From Firmicutes bacterium UBA5286 (GTDB lineage Bacteria; Bacillota; Proteinivoracia; UBA4975): a stretch of 64,000 nucleotides of DNA. The position numbers and the translations under genes are program-made. Shown here in pieces: positions 28,088-38,673 of this stretch. The stretch covers positions 1,551 to 65,550 of the forward strand of contig DHSM01000013.1 in assembly GCA_002408465.1 (NCBI GenBank), read 5' to 3'. Each line of letters begins with the position of its first letter. Positions within the stretch are counted from its first letter, which is position 1. The notes below the pieces were generated by a model. It was given only the letters and a program-made list of their open reading frames with translations. It was not told the origin of the DNA and made no database searches.

Positions 28088-28621
28088 ATGCGATTGACAG
28101 AAGTACTGTCCTATGTTTCTAACCGTTCCCATGCTGCACCTCCTGGCTGGGGTTTTCGTATTCTGAAGTAAATCCGAAACCGGGAGGGAAAGACGATTAA
28201 CAACCTGCAGGAGTTATGGACAATCCTAGAGATTACTGCCTATACTGCCGACTATGAATCGAGTCAAAAGCATCCGGATGATCCCTTGTATGGCATTACT
28301 TACAGCGGAACTAAGGTGCAGCCGTGGCGCACTGTCGCTGCCGGTCCTGACATCCCCATTGGCACCCGGGTTTTTATCCCGGAGCTGTCTGCCATGCTCA
28401 ATGGCGGCATATTTATCGTCGAGGACCGGGGCGGGGCCATCTCCAACGCCCATTTGGACATCTATATGGCGAGTCTGAAAGATGCCCGGAACTGGGGGCG
28501 GCAGCACCTGGAAGTGCTTATGTGGCTGGCGGGAGATTTCAATGAGATCCTCGCTAAAATTGACAGCGACCGCCGGCGCCGGTGGAGAGACAGAGAAGCT
28601 TTGGCACAATTGTTCCCCTAA
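28088..28621 (+). pseudogene. 3D (MltA-like) domain protein with disrupted N-terminus
   Basis: ITAYTA..YGITYSG..TVAAGP..IGTRVFIP..VEDRGGAI..HLDIY in a frame lacking its own ATG; RBS+ATG at 28088 runs into stops and frameshifts. Confidence 0.7.
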
Positions 28622-28699
28622 AAGGGGGACTTTTTTATTGTCCAGGTTTAGGGGCAAGAATGTCTGGGCAAAGTACAAGTACAGGTTTTGGGGGTGGCG

Positions 28700-30271
28700 A
28701 TGCTGGGCGGGCTGAAAAAAATGTTTGGGGCAATAAAGGCCGGGTTGGGAATGAAAAAGAGCGGAGATAATGGCAAGCACTGCCCGGCGGGTAAGAGCTT
28801 GACCAAAAGCATTCAAATTAATGAGGGCCTGCTGCGTCAAGTCTTTAAAGACTGCGCCGATGTAAAAACTAAGAAAATTGCAATTCCCCGCATGAATAAT
28901 CGCCGAGCTCTTGTTTTATACACCGAGGGTTTAGTTAGTGCCGACAATTTGACCAGAGATATTATTTCTCCTTTGCTGGCAGAATCTGAGCACAACAGAC
29001 AGGTTGAAGATGTCATTCAGCTGATTGCCGTTGGGCAAACCTCTTCTTATTTTTATTTAGAGGATTTTACCAGCGACATACTGAGGGGAAAAATTGCAAT
29101 TATCGTGGATGGAAGCAGCAAGGCGGTAATTATCGATATTAAAAAATGGCCTGGGCGGTCAGTGGAGGAGCCCTTGCAAGAACGCCTGATCCGGGGACCA
29201 CGGGAGGGGTTTACTGAAGTCATACAGGTCAACCGGGGTCTTGTACGCAGGCGTCTGCCAGACCCGAATTTGAAGGTCTTCAACCTTAAGATTGGCCAGA
29301 GGACCAGTACAGAGGTCTCTATGCTCTATATCGAAGATGTGTGTAATTTAGATACAGTTCAAGAAGTAAAGGAAAGACTGGAAGCGATTGATATTGATGG
29401 CATTCTCGATTCAGGGGTGATTGCCGAATTGATTAGCGAGCGAACAATATCGCCTTTTCCGCTGCATTTGAGCACCGAGCGGCCAGACAAGGTGGTAGGA
29501 GGCTTGCTTCAGGGGAAGGTGGTCATTTTGACTGATGGCAGCCCCTTTGCCCTGGTATTGCCTTCCGTAGCCACTGACTGGTTTCAAACTCCTGAGGATT
29601 ATTACATGCATCCCCTCTTTGCCACCATTGGCCGGGTATTGCGCCTGCTGGGAATACTCGCCGTCACAACGCTGACAGCTGTATATACAGCCATAATTAT
29701 GTACCATTATGAGATGATTCCAAGCAATATTATATTTTTCATCGCCCAGTCCCGGGAGGGTGTGCCCTTCTCGCCACTGACCGAGGCCTTGTTATTGGAA
29801 TTTGCTGCGGAACTGATGCGGGAAGCCAGCATCCGCTTGCCAGGGCCAGTAAGCCCCACCCTGAGCATTGTGGGCGCCCTCATATTGGGCCAGGCTGTGG
29901 TAAGCGCTAATTTAGTCAGCCCTGTGTTATTAATCATCGTCGCCACCACTTTTTTGGCAGGATCTGTCATTCCCAATTATGAGGCTTCTCTAGCCGTCCG
30001 CTATCTCAGATTTCCCATGTTGTTAGCAGCAGGATTCCTCTGAGGTTTTGGGATTGTCATCACCTGGATGGTGATACTGGCCCATATGTGCAATCTCCAA
30101 TCATTCGGCGTCCCCTATTTGGCGCCTCTGGCGCCCCTGCGGGTAAAAGATATGGGGGATCATATTTATCGTCGGTCTTGGCGTTGGATGCGGGGACGTC
30201 CCATGCTGACTGCCAAGAAAAACATAGTCCGGCAGCGGGGAGTTGAGAGCAAAGAAGATGGCAAGCGGTAA
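28700..30271 (+). pseudogene. GerA/GerKA-family spore germination protein interrupted by in-frame TGA (30041-30043)
   Basis: RGPREGFTE, TERPD, REGVPF, REASIRLP, IVGALILGQAVVSA; after TGA the same frame continues GFGI..HMCNLQSFGVPYLAPLAP..RRSW to 30271. Confidence 0.85.
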
Positions 30272-31358
30272 AAAGTATGGACTCAGCGATTTTCAGTGGA
30301 TCGCAATGGTAGTGTCGGTAACCATTAGCACCGCGATTATTACTCTCCCCCGGTCAGTGGGCGAAACTGCCGGGAGGGACAGCTGGATCAGCATCATCAT
30401 TGGCGGTTTTGTCTTGTGGGCTTTTGCCTTGTTTATCTGGTTGCTGTGCAGAAAATTTCCCACTCGGACTTTGCCGGAGTTCAGCATCTTGATTTTGGGC
30501 CGTCCCTTAGGAATAGTGGTTTCAATCATTTATTCTCTCTATGCCTTTTCCATGTGCGCCGTTGTCTTGCGCATCTTGTCTGAATTGGTAAGGACATGGG
30601 TGTTTATATGGACGCCGGTGCCAGTGTTTTTCGTTGCGATTCTGATTACAGTGGGATATATCAGCAGAATGGGAGCAGTGACTCTGGGGCGCCTGATGGA
30701 GATTACTATTCTGTTTACGGCAGCGGTATTGCTGATGCTTTTGATTCCTCTGCCGGAATTCGATTTTCTGAACCTCAAGCCTGTAGGGGGCGAAGGAATC
30801 CTCAAGATAATTCAGGCTGTTCCCCAAACGGCTTTCGCCTATTTGGGATTTGAATCAATGCTTGTGTTTTTCCCCTTTATTATTAATCGTCATAAGGTGT
30901 TAAAGCTGACTTCAATAGCCCTGATCATGGTAACGTTACTGTATTTTATTAATACTATTCTGGTCTATGGAGTGTTGGGGATAGAGCGCACGTTAACCTT
31001 GGTTTGGCCCCTGGTCAATTATATGCGCATAGGTTCGCTGCCCTTTGTGCAAAGAGTGGACAATGTTATGCTTTTTGCCTGGACAGCTCAGATTATTGCA
31101 ACGGTGGCGGTGCATTATTTTTCCGCCACTTTCACCCTGGCGACTTTAACCCGGCGGCATTACCATGATCTCTGGTCAATTGCTTGTTTGCCCATTGTCT
31201 ATGCAGCAGCTAATCTGCCTCCGGATTTGGTTGCGGTATTTGCCTTTAGCGATATGGTGGGCGCGTATGGGTTAATTATTAATCTGGCGATTACGGGATT
31301 GATGCTGGTGGTGGCGAAAATCCGGGGGCTGGATGAAAGACAGGAGGTGAAAACATGA
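30258..31358 (+). CDS. GerB/GerKB-family spore germination permease
   Basis: TLPRSV..GRDSWISI, AYLGFE, WPL..PFVQRVD; multi-TM. Confidence 0.9.
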   Translation: MASGKKYGLSDFQWIAMVVSVTISTAIITLPRSVGETAGRDSWISIIIGGFVLWAFALFIWLLCRKFPTRTLPEFSILILGRPLGIVVSIIYSLYAFSMCAVVLRILSELVRTWVFIWTPVPVFFVAILITVGYISRMGAVTLGRLMEITILFTAAVLLMLLIPLPEFDFLNLKPVGGEGILKIIQAVPQTAFAYLGFESMLVFFPFIINRHKVLKLTSIALIMVTLLYFINTILVYGVLGIERTLTLVWPLVNYMRIGSLPFVQRVDNVMLFAWTAQIIATVAVHYFSATFTLATLTRRHYHDLWSIACLPIVYAAANLPPDLVAVFAFSDMVGAYGLIINLAITGLMLVVAKIRGLDERQEVKT

Positions 31359-32491
31359 CCAGGAAGTTTCTGCTGTTGCTCCTTTGCAGTTTACTGCTGT
31401 TTGTTGGAGGGTGCTGGGATATCCTCCTCATTGAAGACTTGGCCCTGATTCAGGTCATTGGATTTGACGAGGATCCTGAAGATTCAGAGCTAATGGCTGT
31501 GACTATTGCATGTCCTACTCTGTCTGAAAAAGCTACCGCTTCAATGTTTAAAGTAACAGTCAAGGCCAAGTCCATAAACCAGGCCCTGATTAATGCTCAG
31601 CGGCAGGCTGGACGCAACTTGGTTTTGGGCCAGACTACTGTCCTGGTATTTAGTGAGCAGTTTGCCCGCAGCGGCAAAATGAATGAAGTTGTACGTCAGC
31701 TGGCTCTGCTGCGAGATATGAATGCCAATGCAATGCTGGCAGTTGTGCAGGATGCTCCGGCTCAACATGTCCTGCAATTGGAGAACCCTGTGGAAACAAG
31801 GATTGGAGTATTTTTGCCAAATCTATTAGAGCGAAATCAATATCGGGGACTGACGCCAACACCAACAGCCACCGAGTACTGGAACAAACATCATACTTTG
31901 GGAATCGATCCCGTTGCTCCAATTATTCAGATTACCGGCCATGAAGATGAAAAGAAGGGCCTAGTTATTGCAGGGCTGGGGGTCTTTAACTCTGCCGGGA
32001 AAATGACAGGAATCCTGACTGACAATGAAATCTTGCCCTACCAGATGTTAAGCGGTGAGGGCGGCAGATTGCGCTTTACCACTGAAGTAAAAATTCGCAA
32101 CGAGAGACGAACGGTAGCTGGGTATATAGAGAATGTCAAATGCAAAATAAAATCGGAGATTAAAAATAATAAGCCCAGCATTGACATTAGCCTGAAATTA
32201 TTTGTAGACGGCGTGGATATTGAGTGGGATGCAAATGTCCTTGACCACAAGGTAATTGACAAGTTAGGGCAATTGCTGGCCCAGGATTTCCAGGGCAATA
32301 TCCAGGAAATGCTGGAAAAGACCCAGAATTGGCAAGCGGATTGTATCGGTCTTGGTAGGCGTGTCAGGGTTCAGCACCCCAAATGGTTTAAGGGGAAGGA
32401 CTGGGCCGAGGAATACAAAAAATGTGAGATCTCTGTGACGGCAGAGGTGACAGTCAGACGGATTGGGACCTTGGTCGAACCTCAGAACTAA
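31355..32491 (+). CDS. Ger(x)C-family germination lipoprotein
   Basis: Lipobox GGCWD; third gene of the tricistronic operon; DCIGLG near C-terminus. Confidence 0.9.
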   Translation: MTRKFLLLLLCSLLLFVGGCWDILLIEDLALIQVIGFDEDPEDSELMAVTIACPTLSEKATASMFKVTVKAKSINQALINAQRQAGRNLVLGQTTVLVFSEQFARSGKMNEVVRQLALLRDMNANAMLAVVQDAPAQHVLQLENPVETRIGVFLPNLLERNQYRGLTPTPTATEYWNKHHTLGIDPVAPIIQITGHEDEKKGLVIAGLGVFNSAGKMTGILTDNEILPYQMLSGEGGRLRFTTEVKIRNERRTVAGYIENVKCKIKSEIKNNKPSIDISLKLFVDGVDIEWDANVLDHKVIDKLGQLLAQDFQGNIQEMLEKTQNWQADCIGLGRRVRVQHPKWFKGKDWAEEYKKCEISVTAEVTVRRIGTLVEPQN

Positions 32492-32513
32492 AAACCCCCG
32501 TGAGGGGGTTTTG
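32491..32513. terminator. Bidirectional terminator
   Basis: aaaaccccc-gtga-gggggtttt between convergent genes. Confidence 0.75.
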
Positions 32514-32515
32514 CT

Positions 32516-33754
32516 TTAGGCTGATTTTTTGGCTTCGCCCCGGCGGACGCCGGAAATGCAAATCAGGGCCAGGACAAAGGCCAGGGATGCCATGGGGAAC
32601 ATGGCCTTACGGGAAGTATAGTCCATGACAAACCCGAAAACAGGCGGGGCGAGAATCGCCGCCAGCTGAGAAGAGAAGTAATACAAGCCTGTGTAAAGCC
32701 CTAGTTTGGCTGCCGGGGCCATGTCTGCCACCATGGGGAAAGAGTTAATGTTGACCAAGGCCCAGAAAATGCCGCCGCAGCCCAGAAGAATTGCGGCCAT
32801 AGGCCAGGGAACGCCAATGGTATAGGCAACTGCCAGCATTATGCCCATTCCAACCACACCAACTATAATGGTCTTTTTGCGGCCAATGGCGCTGGCGATA
32901 AAGCCGCTGGGAATTGCCATCAGTAAAAAGGCCAGGGAAAAGTAGGTCAGGTATTGGGCTGCAGCCTCTTTTGTCAGCTCCCAAATTTCTGTGCCATAAA
33001 GGGTAAAATATGTCTCCACACCGTTCCAGCCGATGAACCAGCAAAAAATGGCTGCCAGCAGCAAACGGGTGCTGGCCTCTTTTTCCTTGAAGACGTTCAT
33101 TAAGGAACTGAAGATTCCCTCGGACTTCTTATCCGACTGTTCAAACTGATCCCGGGGTTCCCGGATAAAGATCATCAGGATGATGAGGACGACAATCATG
33201 ACAATGCTGGCTACAGGAAAGTCAGTGTAGATATTGCCTTTCGCTTCGGTGAATAACATGGTGAATACCCCGTAAAAGACGATGGAACCCAGACCGCCCA
33301 TAAAGTTGACGATGCCGTTGGCTTTGCTGCGCAGGGGGGAAGGAGTAAGGTCAGGCATGAGGGCGATGGTGGGAGCCCGGAAGGCGGCCATGGCAATATT
33401 CATAATAACGATTATGGGAATAAGAACCCAGAGAGAAGTAGCCATATAAGGGATGGCGGCAAAGAAGACAGCGGCGATGGGGATTCCGAACATCAAAAAG
33501 GGCATCCTGCGCCCAAACCGGGTCCAGGTCTTATCGCTGAGGGCGCCGATGAAGGGAATCAGCGTTATCGCCGCTATGTTGTCCATGGTCATGATTATAC
33601 CTACAGTGGTGTTCAGGTAAGTGGTGCCTACAAGCAAGGATTCAAGAATCAGGGGGACATAGGCATTGTAGATGGCCCAGGTCAGGGAAATTACTCCGAA
33701 ACCGAGGCCCAGGACGAAAATCTTGCCATAGGAAAATTTATAGGGTTTATCCAT
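32516..33754 (-). CDS. MFS transporter (MalT/SLC45-like sugar family)
   Basis: GALSDKTWTRFGRRMPF, ALMPDLTP..RSKANG; 12 TM. Confidence 0.9.
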   Translation of the reverse strand: MDKPYKFSYGKIFVLGLGFGVISLTWAIYNAYVPLILESLLVGTTYLNTTVGIIMTMDNIAAITLIPFIGALSDKTWTRFGRRMPFLMFGIPIAAVFFAAIPYMATSLWVLIPIIVIMNIAMAAFRAPTIALMPDLTPSPLRSKANGIVNFMGGLGSIVFYGVFTMLFTEAKGNIYTDFPVASIVMIVVLIILMIFIREPRDQFEQSDKKSEGIFSSLMNVFKEKEASTRLLLAAIFCWFIGWNGVETYFTLYGTEIWELTKEAAAQYLTYFSLAFLLMAIPSGFIASAIGRKKTIIVGVVGMGIMLAVAYTIGVPWPMAAILLGCGGIFWALVNINSFPMVADMAPAAKLGLYTGLYYFSSQLAAILAPPVFGFVMDYTSRKAMFPMASLAFVLALICISGVRRGEAKKSA

Positions 33755-34481
33755 TTTGCTTTCCTCCCGTCAATATTTCTTTTAGATCCTGGGGACGATT
33801 GGTGATGATTGCCTCAACGCCGCCTTCATTCAAGGCTGCCATGTGCTTGGGATCATCCACCGTCCAAGTGTAGATTGCCAGACCATTCTCTTTGCAGCCT
33901 TGGATAATCTCGGGCTGGACACCATAGAACAAGGGGTGGATGGAGTAGCAGCCCAGTTTCTTGGCATAGTCCCAAGGCTCGTACAGCCCAGCCATGTAGA
34001 GGATGCCGATTGGGACCTCGGGGTTGATTTTTTTGCATTCAACCAGGCTGTAATGGTTAAAGGAAGATATCAAGATCTTGTCTTCCAGCTTGTACTTGCT
34101 GACCAGGTCCAGCACAGCTTTTTCGATGCCGGGATAGAGGATGACGCCGCTTTTGATTTCAATATTGACGTGCATGCCTTGAAACTCCGCCAGCACTTCT
34201 TCCAGAGTGGGAATGGGCTCTTTGGCGAATTCCGGTGAGAACCAGTTGCCGGCGTCCAGTTCTTTAAGCTCTGCCAGGGTATAGTCTTTGACCAGGCCCT
34301 TGCCATTGGTTGTGCGGTTGAGCAGTTCGTCATGAATGACCACAAGTTTTCCATCTTTGCTGAACTGGACATCCAGCTCCAAGCCATCGGCGCCCAGCTC
34401 TGCAGCCTTTCTGAAAGCGGTCATGGTGTTCTCCGGGGCCAGGGAGCTGGCTCCCCGATGGGCAATATTCAGTGAACGCAA
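33747..34481 (-). CDS. Glycerophosphodiester phosphodiesterase
   Basis: IAHRGAS..PENT, ELDVQ, HD..L.RTT, NIEIK, WTVD, IITNRP. Confidence 0.93.
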   Translation of the reverse strand: MRSLNIAHRGASSLAPENTMTAFRKAAELGADGLELDVQFSKDGKLVVIHDELLNRTTNGKGLVKDYTLAELKELDAGNWFSPEFAKEPIPTLEEVLAEFQGMHVNIEIKSGVILYPGIEKAVLDLVSKYKLEDKILISSFNHYSLVECKKINPEVPIGILYMAGLYEPWDYAKKLGCYSIHPLFYGVQPEIIQGCKENGLAIYTWTVDDPKHMAALNEGGVEAIITNRPQDLKEILTGGKQNG

Positions 34482-34626
34482 ATCCAGCGCACCTCCTTTC
34501 GTTAAATGGTATATTCTGCTTTTGCTGCTATATTCCCTGCCAGGGCCTGGTCAGGTGAACTTATTTTCTGCCGAATAATGCGAAAGGGGCGCCTGCTGGC
34601 ACCCCTGGAAAGGAGTTATTAATGAA

Positions 34627-35424
34627 TTATAGTTTGGGATCCAGCCGGTCCCGGAGACCGTCACCCAGGCGGTTGAAGCCCAGGACAGTCAGGGCGATGG
34701 CCAGGCCGGGAAAAATTGCCGCCCAAGGAGCCAGGCCGGCAAAGCCTTGAGCCTCCTTAAGCATCCTCCCCCAGCTGGCGTCGGGGGGCTGGGTGCCCAG
34801 CCCTAAGTAGCTGAGGGAAGCCTCTGCCAGGACAGCGGCGGCAAAACTGATGCTGGCCTGCACCAGCAGGGTGGACAGGCAGTTGGGCAGGATATGGCGA
34901 AAGATGATGCGGCTATCGGAACTGCCTATTGCCCGGGCTGCCAAGACATACTCTCTTTCCCGCAGGCTGAGGAATAGGGAGCGGGTGAGGCGGGCGAAGA
35001 TGGGAATGTTGGCCAGGCTGACGGCAACGAGAATGCTGGCCTGCCCCGGTCCTAAAAGAGTGACTGCCAGCAGGGCCATGAGCACAGAAGGCAGGGAATA
35101 GAGCCCGTCAGCCATGCGCATGAGGATTTCTTCCAGCCAGCCGCGAAAGTAGCCGGCGGCGGCGCCCCAAATTGTTCCCAGGGTCAGGCCGAGGAGGACT
35201 GCAATCATGCCAGCCTCAAAGGCCGGGCGTCCCCCTACCATGATGCGGCTAAAAATATCCCGGCCAAAATTGTCGGTTCCCAGCAAGTGTTCTGAATCTG
35301 GGGGTTCCAGGGGACGCTGGATATTCATCTGGTTGGGTGGATAAGGGGTATAGAAAAATCCGGCCACAGTAATGAGGACCATAACCGCTACCAGTAGGCT
35401 GCCCTTGAGCCAGGACTTTTGCAT
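34627..35424 (-). CDS. Peptide/nickel ABC permease (DppC-like)
   Basis: HLLGTDNFGRD, EYVLAARAIG, HILPN, LSYLGLG. Confidence 0.92.
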   Translation of the reverse strand: MQKSWLKGSLLVAVMVLITVAGFFYTPYPPNQMNIQRPLEPPDSEHLLGTDNFGRDIFSRIMVGGRPAFEAGMIAVLLGLTLGTIWGAAAGYFRGWLEEILMRMADGLYSLPSVLMALLAVTLLGPGQASILVAVSLANIPIFARLTRSLFLSLREREYVLAARAIGSSDSRIIFRHILPNCLSTLLVQASISFAAAVLAEASLSYLGLGTQPPDASWGRMLKEAQGFAGLAPWAAIFPGLAIALTVLGFNRLGDGLRDRLDPKL

Positions 35425-36372
35425 TTATGCCACCCCCCGGATTCGAGGGTCGATTAGGGGATAGACGCTGTCCAAGAGGAAATTTACTGCCAGGATGAGG
35501 GCTGCCCCGGCAAAGACAGCTCCCTGCACCACAGGCAGATCCCGCAAGAGGACTGAGGAGAGGATGAGCCGGCCCAGTCCCGGCAGGGAAAAGACCTGTT
35601 CAATGACAATGGTGCCTGCCAGCAGCTGAATGAGCTGAATGCCGGCCACGGTGCTGATGGAGACCAAGGCATTCTTCAGGGCGTGTTTGCTGACAATCAC
35701 CCATTCAGAGACGCCTTTGCCCCGGGCGGTGCGGATGTATTCTTCTCCCAGGGCTTCCAGCATGGCTGTGCGCACAATCCGGGTGAGAATCGCTGCCCGG
35801 GGCACGGCGAGAACCAGGGCGGGGAGAAGAAGAGAAACTGCAGCTCCAGCCGGGTCCGCGCTCCATTTGGGCATGCTCCCCGGGGGAAACCAGCCCAGAT
35901 CCACGGCAAAGAACTGAATGGCGAGAATGCCCAGCCAAAAAGCGGGGATAGAGAGTCCTGTCTGGGACAGGGTGAGGATTAACGAGTCCAGCTTGCCTCC
36001 CCTGCGGCTGGCAGCAAAGGCCCCCAGGGGGGTAGCCAAGAGCAGGGAAAGGAGAATCGCGACCACTGCCAGGGGAATGGTAACCGGCAGGGCAGAAGCC
36101 ACCAGTCGAGAGACCGAGTAACCTTTGCTAAAGGTAATAGAATCGCCAAAATCTCCGTGCACTGCGTCAGAGAGCCAGCGGGTATACTGAGCCGTCACTG
36201 GCCGGTCCAGGCCCAGTTGGGAGCGCACCAGCTCCAGGTCATGGGGTTCGGCTTCGGTGCCGAGAATGAGGACGGCGGGATCACCAGGAATGAGGTAGAG
36301 GGCGCCAAAGGTCAGCATGCTCACCAACAGGAGAGTGGCCAGCATGCCGGCCAGTTTTTTAAGCCAGTACAT
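35425..36372 (-). CDS. Peptide/nickel ABC permease (DppB-like)
   Basis: PGDPA, LGLDRP, YIRTARGKG..HALKNA, IEQVFSLPGLG; ATG at 36372. Confidence 0.92.
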   Translation of the reverse strand: MYWLKKLAGMLATLLLVSMLTFGALYLIPGDPAVLILGTEAEPHDLELVRSQLGLDRPVTAQYTRWLSDAVHGDFGDSITFSKGYSVSRLVASALPVTIPLAVVAILLSLLLATPLGAFAASRRGGKLDSLILTLSQTGLSIPAFWLGILAIQFFAVDLGWFPPGSMPKWSADPAGAAVSLLLPALVLAVPRAAILTRIVRTAMLEALGEEYIRTARGKGVSEWVIVSKHALKNALVSISTVAGIQLIQLLAGTIVIEQVFSLPGLGRLILSSVLLRDLPVVQGAVFAGAALILAVNFLLDSVYPLIDPRIRGVA

Positions 36373-36373
36373 G

Positions 36374-37861
36374 TTACTTGGACCTGTACAGGGGGGCCAG
36401 ATCCAGCACATAAACCGGGTAATTGGCCCAGCCCTTAAGATCCCGGCTCATCACAGCGATCTGGCTGGGATCCATGATGTATACATTGGAGGCTTCTTGG
36501 GCCAGTATGGTCTGCAGCTGCTGGTAAATCTCCACACGGGCGGCGGGGTCTGTTTCTTCCAGGCCCTGGACCAACAGCTCATCGTATTCAGGATTATTAA
36601 AGTAAGAAATATTGCGGCCCGATTGACTCTGATAGCGATTGAGCATGGTATGGGGATCCAGGCGGCCGGTAAAGCCCACCACCGTCAGTTCATAATCCCG
36701 GTTGGCATTGACTTGCTCCAGCCAGGTACCCCATTCAATTACTTCAAGTTTCAGCTTGATGCCTACCGCTTCCAGCTGGTCGGCGATGATTTCGCCGGCA
36801 TTGCGATGAAGGGGATAGGGGGCCGGCAGGTGCAGGGTGGCGCTGAACCCCTGGGGATAGCCTGCTTCCGTCAGCAGCTCTTTAGCCTTTTCGGGATTAT
36901 AGGGATACATGTCAGTTAAATCTATATACCAGGGGCCCATGGCGGGAGTTAAGTTGCTACCGATGGCAGTGCCCTTGCCCCAGCCTGCCCCCTGAATAAT
37001 TTCCTGGCGGTTGACGGCATAATTCAAGGCCTGGCGGACCCGAATATCGTCAAAGGGGGGGACAGAGTTATTGATGGCCATTAGCTGCACCAGGTTCATG
37101 GGGCTGTCGATAATCTGCAGGTCAGGCTGATCTTCAACTTGGTGGAGGTAGTCCGGTTCCAGACGGGGAACAAGATCCACGTGTCCAGTTAGGAGGCTGT
37201 TGACCATGGTGGTGGGCTCGGGGATGATTTTTAGGGTAACCTTTTCCAGCTTAGGCAGCTGAGGATTCCAATACTGCTCAAATTTATCCAGGGTCAGGGA
37301 ATTATTCGGTTCCCAGGCGGTGAGGACAAAGGGACCAGTTCCAATTGGTTTGGTGGAAAGCTGCTCTTCTGCTTCCCTGGGGTAGATGGAGGCGCCAAAT
37401 TCAGTAAGCAGGGCGAGAAAGACTGCGTCAGGCTTGGTCAAGGTGATGATTACTTGATTGCCCTTGGCCTCAATAGTTTGTACACTGGTATAGTCCCTGG
37501 ACTTGGGGGATATTTCCGGATTCGCCAGCCGGGAGAGACAGTAGACCGCATCATCGGCAGTCACTTCCCGGCCATTGTGGAATTTGGCTCCTTCCCGGAG
37601 AGTAAAGGTGTATTTTAGCCCGTCGGGGGAGATATCCCATTCTGCCGCCAAGGCGGGGATTATGGACCCGTCCGGAGCGGCTTTGACCAGGCCTTCGTAG
37701 ATATTATAGGCGATTTCTGCTGTGGCTGCTGCCACCGATTGGTGAGGATGAAAATTGTCGGGATCTGTAGGAATCGCTACCACCAATTCATCGCTGACCG
37801 GCGCCGGGGAACAGCCGGCAATAAGTCCAATAACCAGTATTAGGCATAAGAGTTTGTGCAT
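36374..37861 (-). CDS. Peptide ABC substrate-binding lipoprotein
   Basis: Lipobox IAGC; IYEGLV, FHNG..TADD, PIGTGPF, DIRVRQAL. Confidence 0.92.
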   Translation of the reverse strand: MHKLLCLILVIGLIAGCSPAPVSDELVVAIPTDPDNFHPHQSVAAATAEIAYNIYEGLVKAAPDGSIIPALAAEWDISPDGLKYTFTLREGAKFHNGREVTADDAVYCLSRLANPEISPKSRDYTSVQTIEAKGNQVIITLTKPDAVFLALLTEFGASIYPREAEEQLSTKPIGTGPFVLTAWEPNNSLTLDKFEQYWNPQLPKLEKVTLKIIPEPTTMVNSLLTGHVDLVPRLEPDYLHQVEDQPDLQIIDSPMNLVQLMAINNSVPPFDDIRVRQALNYAVNRQEIIQGAGWGKGTAIGSNLTPAMGPWYIDLTDMYPYNPEKAKELLTEAGYPQGFSATLHLPAPYPLHRNAGEIIADQLEAVGIKLKLEVIEWGTWLEQVNANRDYELTVVGFTGRLDPHTMLNRYQSQSGRNISYFNNPEYDELLVQGLEETDPAARVEIYQQLQTILAQEASNVYIMDPSQIAVMSRDLKGWANYPVYVLDLAPLYRSK

Positions 37862-37867
37862 ATATTA

Positions 37868-38485
37868 TTACTCCTTTCTAGGCCGCAATCCCCGCTCTAA
37901 GACAGTGAGGACTGAATTTATGTAGGCTTCATGGGATTCGGCATTGACACTTGTATCCAAAAAGTTGTCAATGAGGGCTTTGGCCACGGCATGGTAGACA
38001 AACCAAACAGCGTCTTTGTCAGCTTCCGGAGTTACTACCCCTGACAGAAGCCCAAGCTCCAGCATGTCGGAAAACTCGGTGATGCGGATTTCTTTTTTGC
38101 GCAGGATTTCCTCCCGGACGGCGGCATCCCTGCTGTCCCAAAAGTTGACTGTCACCTGATGATACAAAGGATATTGGCGGGCAAAATGCCAGGACCTTTG
38201 ATAGTAAAGGGAGGCCAGCTCGAAGAAATTGACCTTTTCTTTCTGGTCCCACACCGGCTGCAGGAACTCGCGCTTCTTCTGATAGACCTCCTGCACCACG
38301 TACTTATACAGATCTTTTTTGTCTGCAAAATACTGGTACATGCTGCCCTTGGCGATGGCAGCCCTGCTGACGATTGCCGAGAGGGAGGCCTGTTCATAAG
38401 GGAATTGAGCAAATTCCAACAAGGCATGATGAAAAATCAGGTTGCGTTTTTCTTCGGGAAGATTAAAAAATGTAGGTTTCGGCAA
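37868..38485 (-). CDS. TetR/AcrR-family regulator
   Basis: MPKPTFFNLPEEKR, IAKGSMYQYFADKKDLY HTH. Confidence 0.92.
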   Translation of the reverse strand: MPKPTFFNLPEEKRNLIFHHALLEFAQFPYEQASLSAIVSRAAIAKGSMYQYFADKKDLYKYVVQEVYQKKREFLQPVWDQKEKVNFFELASLYYQRSWHFARQYPLYHQVTVNFWDSRDAAVREEILRKKEIRITEFSDMLELGLLSGVVTPEADKDAVWFVYHAVAKALIDNFLDTSVNAESHEAYINSVLTVLERGLRPRKE

Positions 38486-38499
38486 GAATTCACCTCCCT

Positions 38500-38519
38500 A
38501 TGTGACCGCGTGGTCACAT
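38500..38519. promoter_or_regulatory. Probable TetR autoregulatory operator
   Basis: atgtgacc-gcgt-ggtcacat palindrome just upstream of the tetR RBS. Confidence 0.7.
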
Positions 38520-38673
38520 TAGTGCGGAAAAATTATACCACGGACTGCCAGTCCAGGGCAATAGTAAATCTATTTTTTAAAGAGCTGTTCACGGAGTAAA
38601 ATTTCAATCTGGCAATTAATCCCGTGGGGACAGGATTCATGCGGAATATAAAAAGTAAAGTCCAAATAAGACT

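Noticed and set aside
27155-28700. Intact integrated element with att sites at tRNA-Leu or tRNA-Val
   Set aside because: No integrase and no duplicated tRNA 3' end found by eye.
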